Counted from the first letter of the stretch, positions 17,410 to 28,611 are shown. The stretch: 64,000 nucleotides of DNA from an uncultured Myxococcales bacterium (GCA_903895725.1 CAITUV010000008.1:67502-131501), one strand, 5' to 3'. Translations and numbers: made by a program. Notes: generated by a model not told the origin, from the letters alone.

Positions 17410-20214
17410 TCAATCCCCAGCGCGACCCGTCGCAAAGGGCTCCGGAGAGAAGTCCGGAGCTGCACTCTGGAGCTTCTCCCTGCCTCCGTCGCAAATCAGG
17501 TCCGGCTTGACGCCGTCCAGCAAATGCCCGAAAAGGTGGGCCTTGAGGGTTTCCCGGCGATGCTTCGAGACACGGTACTGGAATTCGTCGTACGTGCCCT
17601 TGAATAGGACGGGCTTGACGTCGATGAACGGACCCGTGAACATCCTGGCGGCATCAACCAGAGGGCCAGACGCATTCCCGCGCTGCTCCTTGGCCTTGCG
17701 CTCCCAGTAGCTCTCGATCCGGTCGACGCGGCCAATCTGCTGTTCAACGACACCTGCATTCCATTCGGGATGGAACTGCAGCACAGTCCGGCAAGCCTTG
17801 TGAAGATTCAGGCCCTCTCGGCCCACCTGGCTCTGGGCCAGAAGCACTATGGGGAACGAGCACTCTTCGTTGAACTGTGCCTGCAAGACTCTCCTGGCTT
17901 CCATGCTCTGCCCGCCCGAGAGAAGCCGGCAGAACGGACTCGTCCGGCGGGACAATTCCTTCTCTTCCGTGTCGAGGAGTAGCTCGATGTCACGCGGGTC
18001 TATGTTGTCTGCAAACCGATCGATCCGCTCGAGGCGGTCTTGTCTCTCTTCCTCTTCCTTGCTCCCTGATTCCCGTTCCCACTCCGTGACGGCTCTTTGA
18101 TCGTGATCGACTGCTGTGCGTTCGGTGTCGGAAAGACTCATCAGGTACCCGCTCCAGAGATCCTGCGCCCTTCTTGCGAGGTCGCCGGAAGCGCGCCCCT
18201 GCAAATCGAGCGCACCGGACAAATGGTCGTTGATCATCCTTGTGCGCAGAAGGGATGCAACCTTCTTGGTCAATCCGCCGGAATCGATGGCGTGGTCTCC
18301 AGGAAGGCGGTCCACAAGGCGGTCACCGCTCAAGAATTCTTTCATTCTCTCAAAGGCCTTCTCCGCACGCGCGAGTGCCCTCCCAAGCTGCTCTTGCGAC
18401 TTGTAGCTGGGAAGGCCAGCCCACCGGCCCCGGATGCGCTCGTACTCTCGCCAGAGCTCACGGAGGTTCTCTTTCCTGCGGCAAGACCTGGCACCTGGAA
18501 GGGGGGGCACTCTTCTTCCGGATCTCCGCCCGAGTAGCCGCAGCACGGCTCTCCGGTTCAGCACGTCCCTGAGCGCGTTGAGCGGCTTCAGGAAGGTCCC
18601 GAATACCAGCACTTTCTCCTTGACTGAGCCGTCATCCGACCAGGCCGTTCTCTCAATCTCATCCGCAGCCTGCTGCACCCGTGGGTGGCTGGCCAAATCG
18701 ACCTCCGCACGGGCAACCTGGGACAGCCAGTAGCGGACGCGGAGCAGCTTCGCTTTCGAACGATCATCGCACGACTCCGCGGCCTTCGGCCCCGCGAGCG
18801 ACTCGTCGATCCCCTGTGCCAGCTCGTCGAGTTCGCCGAGATCGCCCAACTGACCCGCAGAGTAACGACTGTCCAGAAGCCTGACTCTCGCCAGCAGCCC
18901 AGCGAAGTCCGCACCCACATCTTCATCCACTTTGCAGCCCTTGGCAGCCTTGCCAAGGGCTTCCATGGAGAACACGGCATCGCGCCAGTTCGAGTTCAGC
19001 CGGCCCAGATCTATCGCCACTTCAGACCACTTCCTATGGGGATGAGCCTCGTTCGCACAAGCTTTATCGCCCACCAAATCCTTCATCGCGCGTTGCCTCA
19101 TCCGGCTGCGCCTCGTCACGTAAGGCTTGAGGGCGGCAGTGAACCGCTTGCTGGCGTCTGCCAACTGGTCGATCTTCGATCCGTTGTCCGGGTGTTTGGC
19201 TGCCTCCCTGAGCGCAGTTCCGAAAGCGTGAATGGCCTCTTGTGGGCACGTCTCTCCAATGCGGGCGAAGATGGTTGTCCACTGATCGGCAGCGAACTCG
19301 ATAGGTGTTGCCGTGAGAGCGACCCGCTTGGCATTCTCAGCCAGAAGAGTCTCCTCGATGAGCTTCTCCAGTCTCGAATTCTCGTCTCTCCCCTTGTGTG
19401 CCTCGTCTATCACGAGCAGGTCCACGTCGCCGAGCAGTGTGCCGATCATGTGTGGACCCTGTCGGTCGAAGAACTCCTTGGCGTCGTCCGGCTCCCGGAT
19501 GTCTTCTAGGTTTCGGCAGAGCCGCCACTCCTTGGCCGCAAGGTACTCTGCCGCCCTCTTCACGGGAAGTCGGCGGCAGCTCCCCTGACGCTTGCCGGGA
19601 CAACCATCGCAGGCCTCGTCAAGGCATTCGTGCCGCCACCCATGCTTCTTGAGGAATTGCCAGAACTTGTTCCCCTGATGTCTGCGGGCCCTCCGCAACC
19701 AGATGGCCTTCGCCAGAATCGGCAGCCAGTAGCGACGCTCGTCTGCATCGTTCCTCAGGATTGGCACCCCGAAGGCATGTGAAAGCAGAAGCCATCTTCC
19801 TTCGACTGATGCCAGGGGAAAGATCGCCTCGCCGTCCCCAACTGCATCGAAGAGGGAGAAGTACGAGCGAAGCATCCGCGGGGAGTACTTCTGCCCCTCT
19901 CCTTCGCCTGGTCGTACCTTGCGGAGGCTGACCATGAAGTCGTCCCACTCCTTCGTCCACTGGAAAATCAGCCCCGGTGGCACGACCACCGCGACCGCCC
20001 CCCCTTGCCTCAAGACAGACAACATCGCCGCCATGACGACACGCGTCTTGCCCATGCCCACTTCATCAGCCACAAGAAGCCCTTTCTGCTTATTGTTGCC
20101 GAGCCGGCTCGCGACCCAGCCAATGGAGTCTTCCTGGCCATGAACCCAAAGGCCCTGAGTTTCGGCCAAGCTCTCCATCTTCTTCCGCACCTGAACCCAG
20201 TCTGCCGGCGTCAC
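17410..20214 (-). CDS. SF2/SNF2-like helicase
   Basis: ADEVGMGKT (Walker A), IDEAH, LTATP, GREGLNLH, EQQIGRVDRI. Confidence 0.88.
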   Translation of the reverse strand: MTPADWVQVRKKMESLAETQGLWVHGQEDSIGWVASRLGNNKQKGLLVADEVGMGKTRVVMAAMLSVLRQGGAVAVVVPPGLIFQWTKEWDDFMVSLRKVRPGEGEGQKYSPRMLRSYFSLFDAVGDGEAIFPLASVEGRWLLLSHAFGVPILRNDADERRYWLPILAKAIWLRRARRHQGNKFWQFLKKHGWRHECLDEACDGCPGKRQGSCRRLPVKRAAEYLAAKEWRLCRNLEDIREPDDAKEFFDRQGPHMIGTLLGDVDLLVIDEAHKGRDENSRLEKLIEETLLAENAKRVALTATPIEFAADQWTTIFARIGETCPQEAIHAFGTALREAAKHPDNGSKIDQLADASKRFTAALKPYVTRRSRMRQRAMKDLVGDKACANEAHPHRKWSEVAIDLGRLNSNWRDAVFSMEALGKAAKGCKVDEDVGADFAGLLARVRLLDSRYSAGQLGDLGELDELAQGIDESLAGPKAAESCDDRSKAKLLRVRYWLSQVARAEVDLASHPRVQQAADEIERTAWSDDGSVKEKVLVFGTFLKPLNALRDVLNRRAVLRLLGRRSGRRVPPLPGARSCRRKENLRELWREYERIRGRWAGLPSYKSQEQLGRALARAEKAFERMKEFLSGDRLVDRLPGDHAIDSGGLTKKVASLLRTRMINDHLSGALDLQGRASGDLARRAQDLWSGYLMSLSDTERTAVDHDQRAVTEWERESGSKEEEERQDRLERIDRFADNIDPRDIELLLDTEEKELSRRTSPFCRLLSGGQSMEARRVLQAQFNEECSFPIVLLAQSQVGREGLNLHKACRTVLQFHPEWNAGVVEQQIGRVDRIESYWERKAKEQRGNASGPLVDAARMFTGPFIDVKPVLFKGTYDEFQYRVSKHRRETLKAHLFGHLLDGVKPDLICDGGREKLQSAAPDFSPEPFATGRAGD

Positions 20215-22253
20215 CGCTTGTCCTCCCTTTCGGTCGCATGGGACTCACCACCGCCCCGCCACCGAGACATCAACTTGTCGATCAAGTCCCGGTACTCCTC
20301 TGACGATTCCCGAGGAGCGAGCCCGGGTTTGCTCTTGAGATGTCTGAGGAAGTCCACGCCCACAGAATTCATCTTCCGCTGCAGTTCTTCCGGTGCCTCC
20401 AGGATGAGCGTGCGCTCCAGATGGGCCACCCAGTCGGGCACCTGGCCTCTCGAAACGGTCTGGTTCTTGTCGGCCATGCGCTCCACCAACGTCGCTGCCC
20501 AGTGGAGCGGGTATTCGGCCAGCTCCTCCCGTTCCTCGTTCAAGTCACTCGGCCCTCGGCCACTCCGCTTCTTCCGCTTCCTCCGCTCCGGCAGCTTCTC
20601 CGGCAGATTCTCCGGCGGCGCATCGGGAGGATCATCCGTGTCGTCGTCCTCCTCCGTCGAGACCACACCGAAACCGGCGATGGCGTCCAACACGCCTCCG
20701 AGCGATCTTGTTCTCGGTGGCGGGACGTACGGGCCGGCCCCGTCAGCCATGTACACGGGGATGTCCCACCGCACATTCCGGTCTCTGGAGGGAGAGCAGC
20801 GGTTTCTCTTGACCGCACTCAACTCAACAGCACCTCCGGGTTCCCCATCGTCAAGACTCAAGCTCATGGCATCCAACTTGATGCCGCGGCCGCAGAGGTG
20901 GACATCATCCCAGTTGCTTACGTTCTGGGGAGCATCCCACGTGAGCTTGCAGCAACCGCGGTCCCAACGGCAGAACGAGATTGGGGGAGGAGGCAACGGA
21001 GCCAAAGGGTCAATCTCGTCCGGCTCCGTCTCCGGCTTGATGTCGTCTCGACCGAGGGGCTCGGATGAGAAGCCCAGGCGCTGCCGGAGATCCTTCTCGC
21101 TCAATGCGACGGACACGTCCAGGAACACTCCGGCCTCCACATTCCCACCCGAGCCGGGCGCAAGCTCGAATCCTTGCTTGCTCAGGTTGGCCGACCCAAG
21201 ATAGAGCAGCCCGCTCACGAACCGTTCCGTCCGCGGTTCCCAGTTCGCGACAAAGACGTACTTGGCGTGGAACTCCGCCTCCTTCAACTCGGGATGGCCG
21301 GGGCCGAAGGTGGTCCAACGGATTCCCTTGTTGCCGCCGGATATGAGCCACTGCCCCGCCGCGCCGGCGGTTCGGGGATTCAGGACAAGATACATCTTGT
21401 CTGGCCCAATGCTCGCTGTGAGGCCTCTGCCTTTCGCGTTCGTCAGCATCCTGAGCATCGCAACCAGAACCCCGGGTTCTCCACCGTCCCCGTGCGACTC
21501 TTCGAAGAATCCCGACCCGCAGCAGATGAAGTTCCGCCTCTTCTTCGTGGCGAGAATTCGGGACACTACCTGGGCGCCGATGGACTGCGCCACAAAGGGA
21601 CCGTCGCAGCGATGCCGTCTGGACGATGCAGCGCCACCGCCAAGGGCGTTGGAGACGAACCTGGGTCTTGTACTGCCCGCCTTCTTGCGTGCCAGACCGT
21701 CGCATTGGCTGAGGAAGGACCCGATCCGGTCACGGAGGTGGGGGGCGAGGCAGTATGATCTCAGCAGTCTCCTCCAAAACGCCACCGCCCGCGTCACATC
21801 CGCTGCCGCCTTCTTGTCCCCTGAAGCCCGGCCGTTGAGGTCGCAGTGCCACACGAGGTTTACGCTTCGGTTGACCGCCTCCTTCGTCCAGTTTCCGGTG
21901 AAGACAATCAACCGGTAGCTGTCTGGCTCTCCCCGGGCGGACTCGCCGAATCCGAGGAGCGCGACCTTGGCATGCATCAGTTTGAACGGCGGGTTCTCCT
22001 TTGCATAGGCCCACCCAACGCCAGGCACCGTGGCTATCGGCTGATGTGCAGGATCCAGCAGGAGAGCCAGAGACCAGAGGCCGCTGTGAAGGCGTCCATT
22101 CCGGCCCAGACCGGTGAAGTTCGTCGCTGCGCTGTCAACGAAGGAATGCTCGGCGGAGAAGGCGCACATCAGCCCGAACACCCCTCTTTGTCCGTCTCTC
22201 GGGGGAAGGAAGAGGTCAAGTAGGGACGGACGCTCGCAAGGTTTTCGGCTCAT
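20211..22253 (-). CDS. Phospholipase D-like (HxK) nuclease-family protein
   Basis: Two half-sites MHAKV..TGNWT and FHAKY..GSANLS; 4-bp overlaps with both neighbours. Confidence 0.7.
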   Translation of the reverse strand: MSRKPCERPSLLDLFLPPRDGQRGVFGLMCAFSAEHSFVDSAATNFTGLGRNGRLHSGLWSLALLLDPAHQPIATVPGVGWAYAKENPPFKLMHAKVALLGFGESARGEPDSYRLIVFTGNWTKEAVNRSVNLVWHCDLNGRASGDKKAAADVTRAVAFWRRLLRSYCLAPHLRDRIGSFLSQCDGLARKKAGSTRPRFVSNALGGGAASSRRHRCDGPFVAQSIGAQVVSRILATKKRRNFICCGSGFFEESHGDGGEPGVLVAMLRMLTNAKGRGLTASIGPDKMYLVLNPRTAGAAGQWLISGGNKGIRWTTFGPGHPELKEAEFHAKYVFVANWEPRTERFVSGLLYLGSANLSKQGFELAPGSGGNVEAGVFLDVSVALSEKDLRQRLGFSSEPLGRDDIKPETEPDEIDPLAPLPPPPISFCRWDRGCCKLTWDAPQNVSNWDDVHLCGRGIKLDAMSLSLDDGEPGGAVELSAVKRNRCSPSRDRNVRWDIPVYMADGAGPYVPPPRTRSLGGVLDAIAGFGVVSTEEDDDTDDPPDAPPENLPEKLPERRKRKKRSGRGPSDLNEEREELAEYPLHWAATLVERMADKNQTVSRGQVPDWVAHLERTLILEAPEELQRKMNSVGVDFLRHLKSKPGLAPRESSEEYRDLIDKLMSRWRGGGESHATEREDKR

Positions 22254-23497
22254 TTGTAATCCTTCCCGATGCAGTCTTTCCACAACGCGAACAGTTGACG
22301 AATCTTGTTCTCTGTGGAGGACTCCTCGGTGCCGACATCGGCCGCCGTCCCCTCGTCCGCCGCGGCGTGGCGGTGAAAGAGTGGGCCACGGCTCACCCTG
22401 TTGCCGAATAGCACGAGAATGCTTCCGTCCCGGCGGATCAACTCCATGACCGCAGCCTCATTGCTGCTGGCCCGGCCCACTGCGTCTGCGTATTCAGTCG
22501 CGTCGCGGGGACGTTCGCCGGAGTCTCTTGTCGCATTGGCAAATTCCGATGCCAGCCGTCGTGCTGAGTCGATCGCTCCACTCACGCCCCAGGCGCTGGC
22601 CAGTTCTCTCACTTGAACCACGGTCTGCCCCGTCTTCTCCATGAAACCTGCACACTTCTTGAGGACGCTGCGGCCCGCAGCAACCATCTTGTCAAACGCC
22701 AGAGCGCTACGAACCTCGCACCGTTGGTCCGGTCCGAGCTTCTCCACGAGCGCATTGATGTCCGGGTACCCAGCAGATGGCGTCTTGCCAAGCGCCCGAA
22801 TGAGGGAGCTGCGACGGCCGTTCTTGGCGGCGCCCGCAGACTCTGCCTCTAGGCGCTCCAGGACGAGCTGCTTCTCGCCCATGCTTGGGCTCTTGCGGAC
22901 GAGCGCTCCCAGAGGCCCTGGCTTCTGCCCCTCCCCGCGGAGCCAACCCCGCAGGCTCGCACAGAACCGAGGGCGGTCCCCGCCGTTGGTAAGGAAACGC
23001 TCGGCCAGGTCTCTGCCCGCCTCGGTGAGCTCCATGGAATGGAACATCGTTCCTCCTTCGGCCAACCCGAGACCTACGAGTGCACGCACCGCAGACTGCC
23101 GAAACGTCACTCGCACATAGTACTTCGGCTGCGACAGTCTCTCGAACGACCACACGTCCTGGCTGGCAGGCCTGCCGAACGCCCTCTTCCCCCGAATGCC
23201 AGCAACATCCGGCTCCTCCTGCCAGGCCAGCTTGCATGCCAGCGCCTCGATGCCATTGGCTATTCTCGTCGGAGACTGCCGCCCATTCGTCTGTTCGGCC
23301 AGAACGAGTCCCGCTACGGCCCACGACAGCTGGCGCACAAACCAGGCACCACCTATCCCCGGTACAACCAGTTCTCTGTACCAGCGGGTCGCCCGGTTGA
23401 GGCGCAGGTGCAGCGCAACGCGCTCGGAATCGAATTCCTCACATGCCGGGATGAACCACTCTGATCTCTCTTCCCCGCCTCCTATCGAACGCTGCAT
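22250..23497 (-). CDS. Hypothetical protein, first gene of PLD-helicase operon
   Basis: 415-aa ORF translationally coupled (ATGA) to the PLD gene. Confidence 0.7.
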   Translation of the reverse strand: MQRSIGGGEERSEWFIPACEEFDSERVALHLRLNRATRWYRELVVPGIGGAWFVRQLSWAVAGLVLAEQTNGRQSPTRIANGIEALACKLAWQEEPDVAGIRGKRAFGRPASQDVWSFERLSQPKYYVRVTFRQSAVRALVGLGLAEGGTMFHSMELTEAGRDLAERFLTNGGDRPRFCASLRGWLRGEGQKPGPLGALVRKSPSMGEKQLVLERLEAESAGAAKNGRRSSLIRALGKTPSAGYPDINALVEKLGPDQRCEVRSALAFDKMVAAGRSVLKKCAGFMEKTGQTVVQVRELASAWGVSGAIDSARRLASEFANATRDSGERPRDATEYADAVGRASSNEAAVMELIRRDGSILVLFGNRVSRGPLFHRHAAADEGTAADVGTEESSTENKIRQLFALWKDCIGKDYK

Positions 23498-23923
23498 GCT
23501 GCCATGCCTCCTCTCCAGCGGTCGTTGTCGCCCCGCCCCTCCGACGTTCTATGACAGTTCGCCTTGGCAAGGCGAATGCCGCGGCAAGGAACCATGAACC
23601 GGCAGAATGTGTTGGTGGAAGGCGGGCTGACTGGGCGACACCAGCAGGAGAAGCCCCCGGTGCCGTGCCGTTCCGAGTCAGGCGTCCCCCACCTGCCAAG
23701 AGGAGGCTACCACGCAGCACCGGTGTACCGCCAGGGCTTTTTCTCCGAGGAAAGGGGGGCAGATGCAGAGCTGGCCGCGGCATCGGCTCGGAAGCATCAG
23801 GGCATCCCGGCAGAGGTTCTCACCGTCCAATCGTACTTCAGCCGGCGCGCTTGCGCCCTCGGCACTCGGTCCTGGAGCCACGCTCGTTGCCGTGATATGG
23901 TCGTGGCCAGCACGGAGGACGGT

Positions 23924-25147
23924 ATGAACCCCAAAGAACCGAACAACGACGACAAGGACCCCCTCGACGTTCTGGTCGCCGAGATCACGGGCTCGGCGCA
24001 AAGCGACGAGGAGCGGCTGAGAACGTTCCACGCCGCGTTCGAACGCACGGTGCGGCTACCTGCGGACGGGTACGTCATCGGGGAGCCCGTTTCCATCGTT
24101 GCCGTGTTCTTCGACGGCAACGTCCGCCGAGGTCTCACCGCCTTGTGCCGACGAGAGGATCGTTCCGAACACGTGGTGCCGGTGTCGCAAGTCACCTTTG
24201 CCGGGGGAACCCCAGGCGCCCGGCTGATTGCGGCATACCGACACTGGCTTGGCCTCGAGCCGGCCGACGCCGCCACTGCACCGGCCGCTGGCCGGACGAG
24301 GCGCCACAAGGCCCAGGCCGAGGACCTGGATTTGAGCCGCCCGGTGGAACTGGTGGTCCTGTCGTCCCGCGACCGGGCCGTACGTTGCAGGCTGTTGGGC
24401 ACGGACCGGGTCATCACGCTTCGCCCGCGTCGCGTCCACGAAGAGGTGCCCGGCGAGATCCTGACCGTCCAGCCACTGAAGCAGTGGGGCTACGCAAGGC
24501 ATCCGTATCTTTCCGGCGAGGTGGTCGGTCGCCGCCTCGACGTCGCCGCGCTGGGGCTGGTCCCCCTTGGGCTCGAAGACCTGGGTTTCTGGGACCCGGC
24601 CGAAGAGTATTGGGGGGAGGAAGGCGACCCCATCGAAGACTGTCTCAAGCCCATCATCGCTCGCGGCCGGCGACCCCTCTTCGAGATGGAGCAGATCCTT
24701 CCAGGGGAAGACCCGAAGGAGCCCTGGGAAGACCCGATTTCGCGGGCCAACGACCTCGTCGGGGCTGGTGACAGATCGAAGGCGCGCAGGCTGCTCATGG
24801 ACGCGTGCCAGGCGGACCTGCGCTGCCTCGATTCTCACGCCCATCTCGGCAACCTCGAGTTCGACTACTGCCCGCAGGATGCTGCCCGCCACTATGAGGT
24901 AGGTGTTCGGATCGGGGAGTTGTCCCTGGGCGACGGTTTCGACGGCGTGCTCCAGTGGGGATGGATCGACAATCGCCCCTTCCTTCGATGTATGCACGGA
25001 TACGCGCTCGCCCTCTGGCGTCTGAACCGGCATGCGGAAGCCGCGGCCATCCTGGGGCGCATCCTCTGGCTGAATCCAACAGACAATCAGGGGATCAGGT
25101 TCCTGATCGACGACGTCCGGGCTGGCAAGGCATGGACGCCGGACTGA
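23924..25147 (+). CDS. TPR-containing protein
   Basis: Start MNPKE with RBS GGAGG; C-terminal TPR-like helices (DSHAHLGN...LWLNPTDNQGIRFL). Confidence 0.65.
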   Translation: MNPKEPNNDDKDPLDVLVAEITGSAQSDEERLRTFHAAFERTVRLPADGYVIGEPVSIVAVFFDGNVRRGLTALCRREDRSEHVVPVSQVTFAGGTPGARLIAAYRHWLGLEPADAATAPAAGRTRRHKAQAEDLDLSRPVELVVLSSRDRAVRCRLLGTDRVITLRPRRVHEEVPGEILTVQPLKQWGYARHPYLSGEVVGRRLDVAALGLVPLGLEDLGFWDPAEEYWGEEGDPIEDCLKPIIARGRRPLFEMEQILPGEDPKEPWEDPISRANDLVGAGDRSKARRLLMDACQADLRCLDSHAHLGNLEFDYCPQDAARHYEVGVRIGELSLGDGFDGVLQWGWIDNRPFLRCMHGYALALWRLNRHAEAAAILGRILWLNPTDNQGIRFLIDDVRAGKAWTPD

Positions 25148-25197
25148 GCTTCTTGGGGGGGCCGGCTTCATGTCGCGTCGCCTGCTGCCCCTCCAAA

Positions 25198-27804
25198 CTA
25201 CAAGTCTCGCCGGATGACCACGAAGGGGCGACCGAGAGTCTCAAGGCTGCGACGCTTGTAGGTGATGATTCCCCCTTCGCCGCCCTTCTCCGGCGCACAC
25301 AGCACCAAATCGTCGGGGCGACCACGGGTAACTACCCTGACTCGCCGAACCGGGGCGGCGGGCTGAAACACGAGGTCTCCTGGAGCAGGGACGTCGGACT
25401 CGACAGGAACGCTCCCGGGAGACGTCTCGACCAGCTTCAACCTCCCTGCCCACCCCAGGTGGTCCGTCCATCTGGCAAGTGCCTGAGCAACGTCGCCGGC
25501 CGTGGCTGTAGAGCGAATGGCCTCTTCTGCGACCGCCGCCGCTTGCGGATCGGCCGCCAACAGCCCAAACAGAAGGACCAGCTCGGCGAGTTCCTGGCAG
25601 CTCCTGGCCACGGCCTCCCGGTTGGCATGGTCGACTGGAGTGTGCCGGTCCCGTCCAGAGGCCATCAACAACCAGCCTGTGAGCCCCAGGCAGGCGGTGA
25701 ACTCCTCACGTCCATCGCAGGCCCCCTGGGCGGCAGCCGATGCCAGTGGATCTGGGCCGTAGAAGAACCCTCTGAGGACCACATGCAGCAAGTCGCATTG
25801 CAGCGCCTCGCCGACGCAGACCTGGGATTCGCAGCCCGACGGTGGGCGCACTTCGAGAGCCTTGAGCCGGAGAGCCACCGCCAGGACCGCTGCGATTCGA
25901 GCGGCCGATCTTGCGGTAACAACCCTTCGCCGGGCGGAGTCTGTTTCCATTCGCGCTAGATCGAGTTGCTTCCTCAGACGTCGCCCCAGGGTCGCAAGCT
26001 TCCTCTGGCACAGAGCCCCAACCTCAATGGCGAGCGGTTGCGAAACCTGGGGCGTTACCAGTCGATCGTCGTCCTGTCCGATCAACTCCTCCTCGCTGAC
26101 GGCAGCTGCACCTTCGCCATCTTCCTCGTCGTCCTCGACGACAATGGGATGCTGGATGCCGTGCCCCAGACGAGCTATCAGCACGTCCAGGACGAGTGCG
26201 AGGTCGCCGCCTGCAAGAGAAGAAGACCCATCGGAGGCGGTTGAACCATCCCTCTCTGCCGGAGGCAACCCCGTATCTGTCGGAACGTTCTCCTTGTCTT
26301 TGTGCGTGCGCCCATCACGTCTGGAATGTGGGGGGGGCTGCCCCGGGGGAGGGTCCTCGTCAAAGACTACCTTCTCCACGATCCGAAGCAGACCGTCGAT
26401 ATCTGGGACGGCCGTGTCGAGCGAGCGCAGCGCTTCATGGAATGCCTGCTGAAGGCCGGTGCGACTGCGCGCAGCAAGTTCTCCAGGATGGTGCACAAGA
26501 ACTCGAATCATGCCGTCGCCGTTGGCAAGATACAGCTCGACGAGCGTGACATCATCCAGCGGTGACCTCACCACGCAGCGCTCGCCGTCCTGCAAGAGGT
26601 CGTAGGTTTGTCGTGGCCCGGTGTCCGCCTGGCCGAATACTCTGGCGACTGCCACCGCGGAAGTAGCCAAACGCGGATCCTGCACGACGATTCCGTGGGG
26701 CCCCACCACCGCCATGAGCAGGGGTACCATGCACGCACTCCCACCTGCCGACAGGGGCAGCACTCGGTTGCTCAATTCCGACCATTCGATGTCCGTGAGT
26801 TCCGGAGCCGCGTCGAGTTCTTTCAGTCCAAGTCCATCGTAGAAAGAAGTGCCGGAATCCGAGCGGCGCACGACGACTGCTTCCGCGTTGCGGGCGGTCT
26901 CGCCGGCCAGGAATGCTGCTGCCGTTGGGTTGGCGCTGCCGCTCACGAGCCACTCCGTCCCGTCTGCGTCCCGCATCCATACGAGCTTCGCGTGTACAGG
27001 CCCCTTGGCATCCAGGGTGAGCGAGCGAGCGTTCACGAAGCGCGTGTTGGGCAGTTCGCCTGTGGCCGCAGAGGGTGCTGACCCGATGACCGGGTCGACG
27101 GCAACCACTGTGCTGCGCGGGTGAAGCGCGGCTTGAAGCTTCCGTATCAGCGCAAGTTCGTTGTCGAGGTAGGGACCGAGCACGAGGAGCTGCTCCACCG
27201 ACGTCGGCAGGCGCGACCTAACCCAGGACCAAAGAGAAGGTCCTTCCGGGAAACTCCCGATGAATAGGGGCTCTGCTCCTGCAGACACGGCGGTTCGCAG
27301 CACGGGTGCAAGATTCTCTGCCTGCGCCAGGACGTTAGCCACCTCCTTCGGCGGCAGCGTCGACCTGGCTGCCCACGACCTGACGAATGCCCACGCCGCA
27401 AGAACGTCCGGGGCCCCGGCAAGCCGGTGCGTGATCTCCCTGTTGTAGACAAAGCCCGAGAACGTAAGATTGTGACTGCCTACCAGGACCTGCTGTCCCC
27501 GCTTGCCGGCCAGGAGCACAAGCTTCGGGTGGAATGAACGCGGTGCCCTTATGGGGAGAAGAGCATAGCGTCGCCCTGCCAGGCGAGGACGTGTCATCGC
27601 GTCGGAAGAGGCTTCAGCAACACGATCTGCGTCCGCCAGGACAACGATCAGCCTGACGCCTGCACCCCACAGATGCCGCAGGACAACGCCTTCCAGAAAC
27701 GGGAAGTGGACGTTGTATGTCGTGAGCACGGCGAGTTCATTGCCTGGCTGGCGAAGCGCAGCGGTCAGTGCTTCTGGAGCGAGGTCCAGCCATTCTCTAG
27801 CCAT
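25198..27804 (-). CDS. Phospholipase D-like (HxK) protein
   Basis: Start MAREWL; LTTY motif; FHPKL..GSHNLT and VHAKL..GSANPT half-sites. Confidence 0.72.
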   Translation of the reverse strand: MAREWLDLAPEALTAALRQPGNELAVLTTYNVHFPFLEGVVLRHLWGAGVRLIVVLADADRVAEASSDAMTRPRLAGRRYALLPIRAPRSFHPKLVLLAGKRGQQVLVGSHNLTFSGFVYNREITHRLAGAPDVLAAWAFVRSWAARSTLPPKEVANVLAQAENLAPVLRTAVSAGAEPLFIGSFPEGPSLWSWVRSRLPTSVEQLLVLGPYLDNELALIRKLQAALHPRSTVVAVDPVIGSAPSAATGELPNTRFVNARSLTLDAKGPVHAKLVWMRDADGTEWLVSGSANPTAAAFLAGETARNAEAVVVRRSDSGTSFYDGLGLKELDAAPELTDIEWSELSNRVLPLSAGGSACMVPLLMAVVGPHGIVVQDPRLATSAVAVARVFGQADTGPRQTYDLLQDGERCVVRSPLDDVTLVELYLANGDGMIRVLVHHPGELAARSRTGLQQAFHEALRSLDTAVPDIDGLLRIVEKVVFDEDPPPGQPPPHSRRDGRTHKDKENVPTDTGLPPAERDGSTASDGSSSLAGGDLALVLDVLIARLGHGIQHPIVVEDDEEDGEGAAAVSEEELIGQDDDRLVTPQVSQPLAIEVGALCQRKLATLGRRLRKQLDLARMETDSARRRVVTARSAARIAAVLAVALRLKALEVRPPSGCESQVCVGEALQCDLLHVVLRGFFYGPDPLASAAAQGACDGREEFTACLGLTGWLLMASGRDRHTPVDHANREAVARSCQELAELVLLFGLLAADPQAAAVAEEAIRSTATAGDVAQALARWTDHLGWAGRLKLVETSPGSVPVESDVPAPGDLVFQPAAPVRRVRVVTRGRPDDLVLCAPEKGGEGGIITYKRRSLETLGRPFVVIRRDL

Positions 27805-28557
27805 GGATGTTCCTCGCCAGATCGTCGCCGAAGGCCGTGCGGCTGAACCCTCTCCGGTCTGGGTGCCAGGCGAGCGCCCCGAGATCCCACAGAATCTGGG
27901 CCGCCTGCTGGAAGCGCGGCGACCCGTACGTCGGGACAACGGTAGCTGAAGACGGGGACACCACGAGCCCCTGCTCCGTGGGACGGACCCGGAAGGTGTC
28001 GTTCCCCTGTTGGCGAAGCTTTCGCAGCGCAACCCGGATGTGGGTTCCCACCCCCCAGTGCGTGCCAAGCCAGGCGAGCATCTCGCTCACCGACAAGTTG
28101 CTCCACTTCTCGGCTGCATGGTGACGCAAAGACTCCAGGTTGATGGGATACGGAGCCAGGTAGTTCTGTGGTAGCATGAAAGGCCGGTAGGCGGGCCGCT
28201 GGGCATCATCGCGAATGCACAGGACGATGAGGATTTGGAATGCGCAGCGTACAACATCCTCCCGCTCCTCGTCAGACGCACTTCGGTTGTTCGCCACCGA
28301 GCGGATCCGGTTGGCCAAGACGAGTTCGTGCCCCGGCGCTCCACAGGCGGAAAGCTCCGGCAGCCGGGAGCGAACGCCGCTGACGGCATCACTCCACGTG
28401 TCCCCGCCCGCTCCCAGTGTGGCAGCGAGTAGCGTCCCGTCAAATGGTGTTTTAGGGGTTCCGGTTCCTCGTCTTCTGTGCTCCCTCCTGTTGGTCAGCC
28501 GCAGCGGTGCCCCGGCAGTTAGTTCGGTCGGGCTTCGCCGAGGCGGCCGTTTCCTCA

Positions 28558-28581
28558 GCCCCAGGGGGGCCCCCCTGGGGC
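28558..28581. other. Perfect 24-bp palindrome inside the IS, downstream of the transposase (possible terminator hairpin)
   Basis: GCCCCAGGGGGGCCCCCCTGGGGC equals its own reverse complement. Confidence 0.6.
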
Positions 28582-28611
28582 GCGCCGCTCGTCCGTTTCC
28601 GTTGAGTCCCA

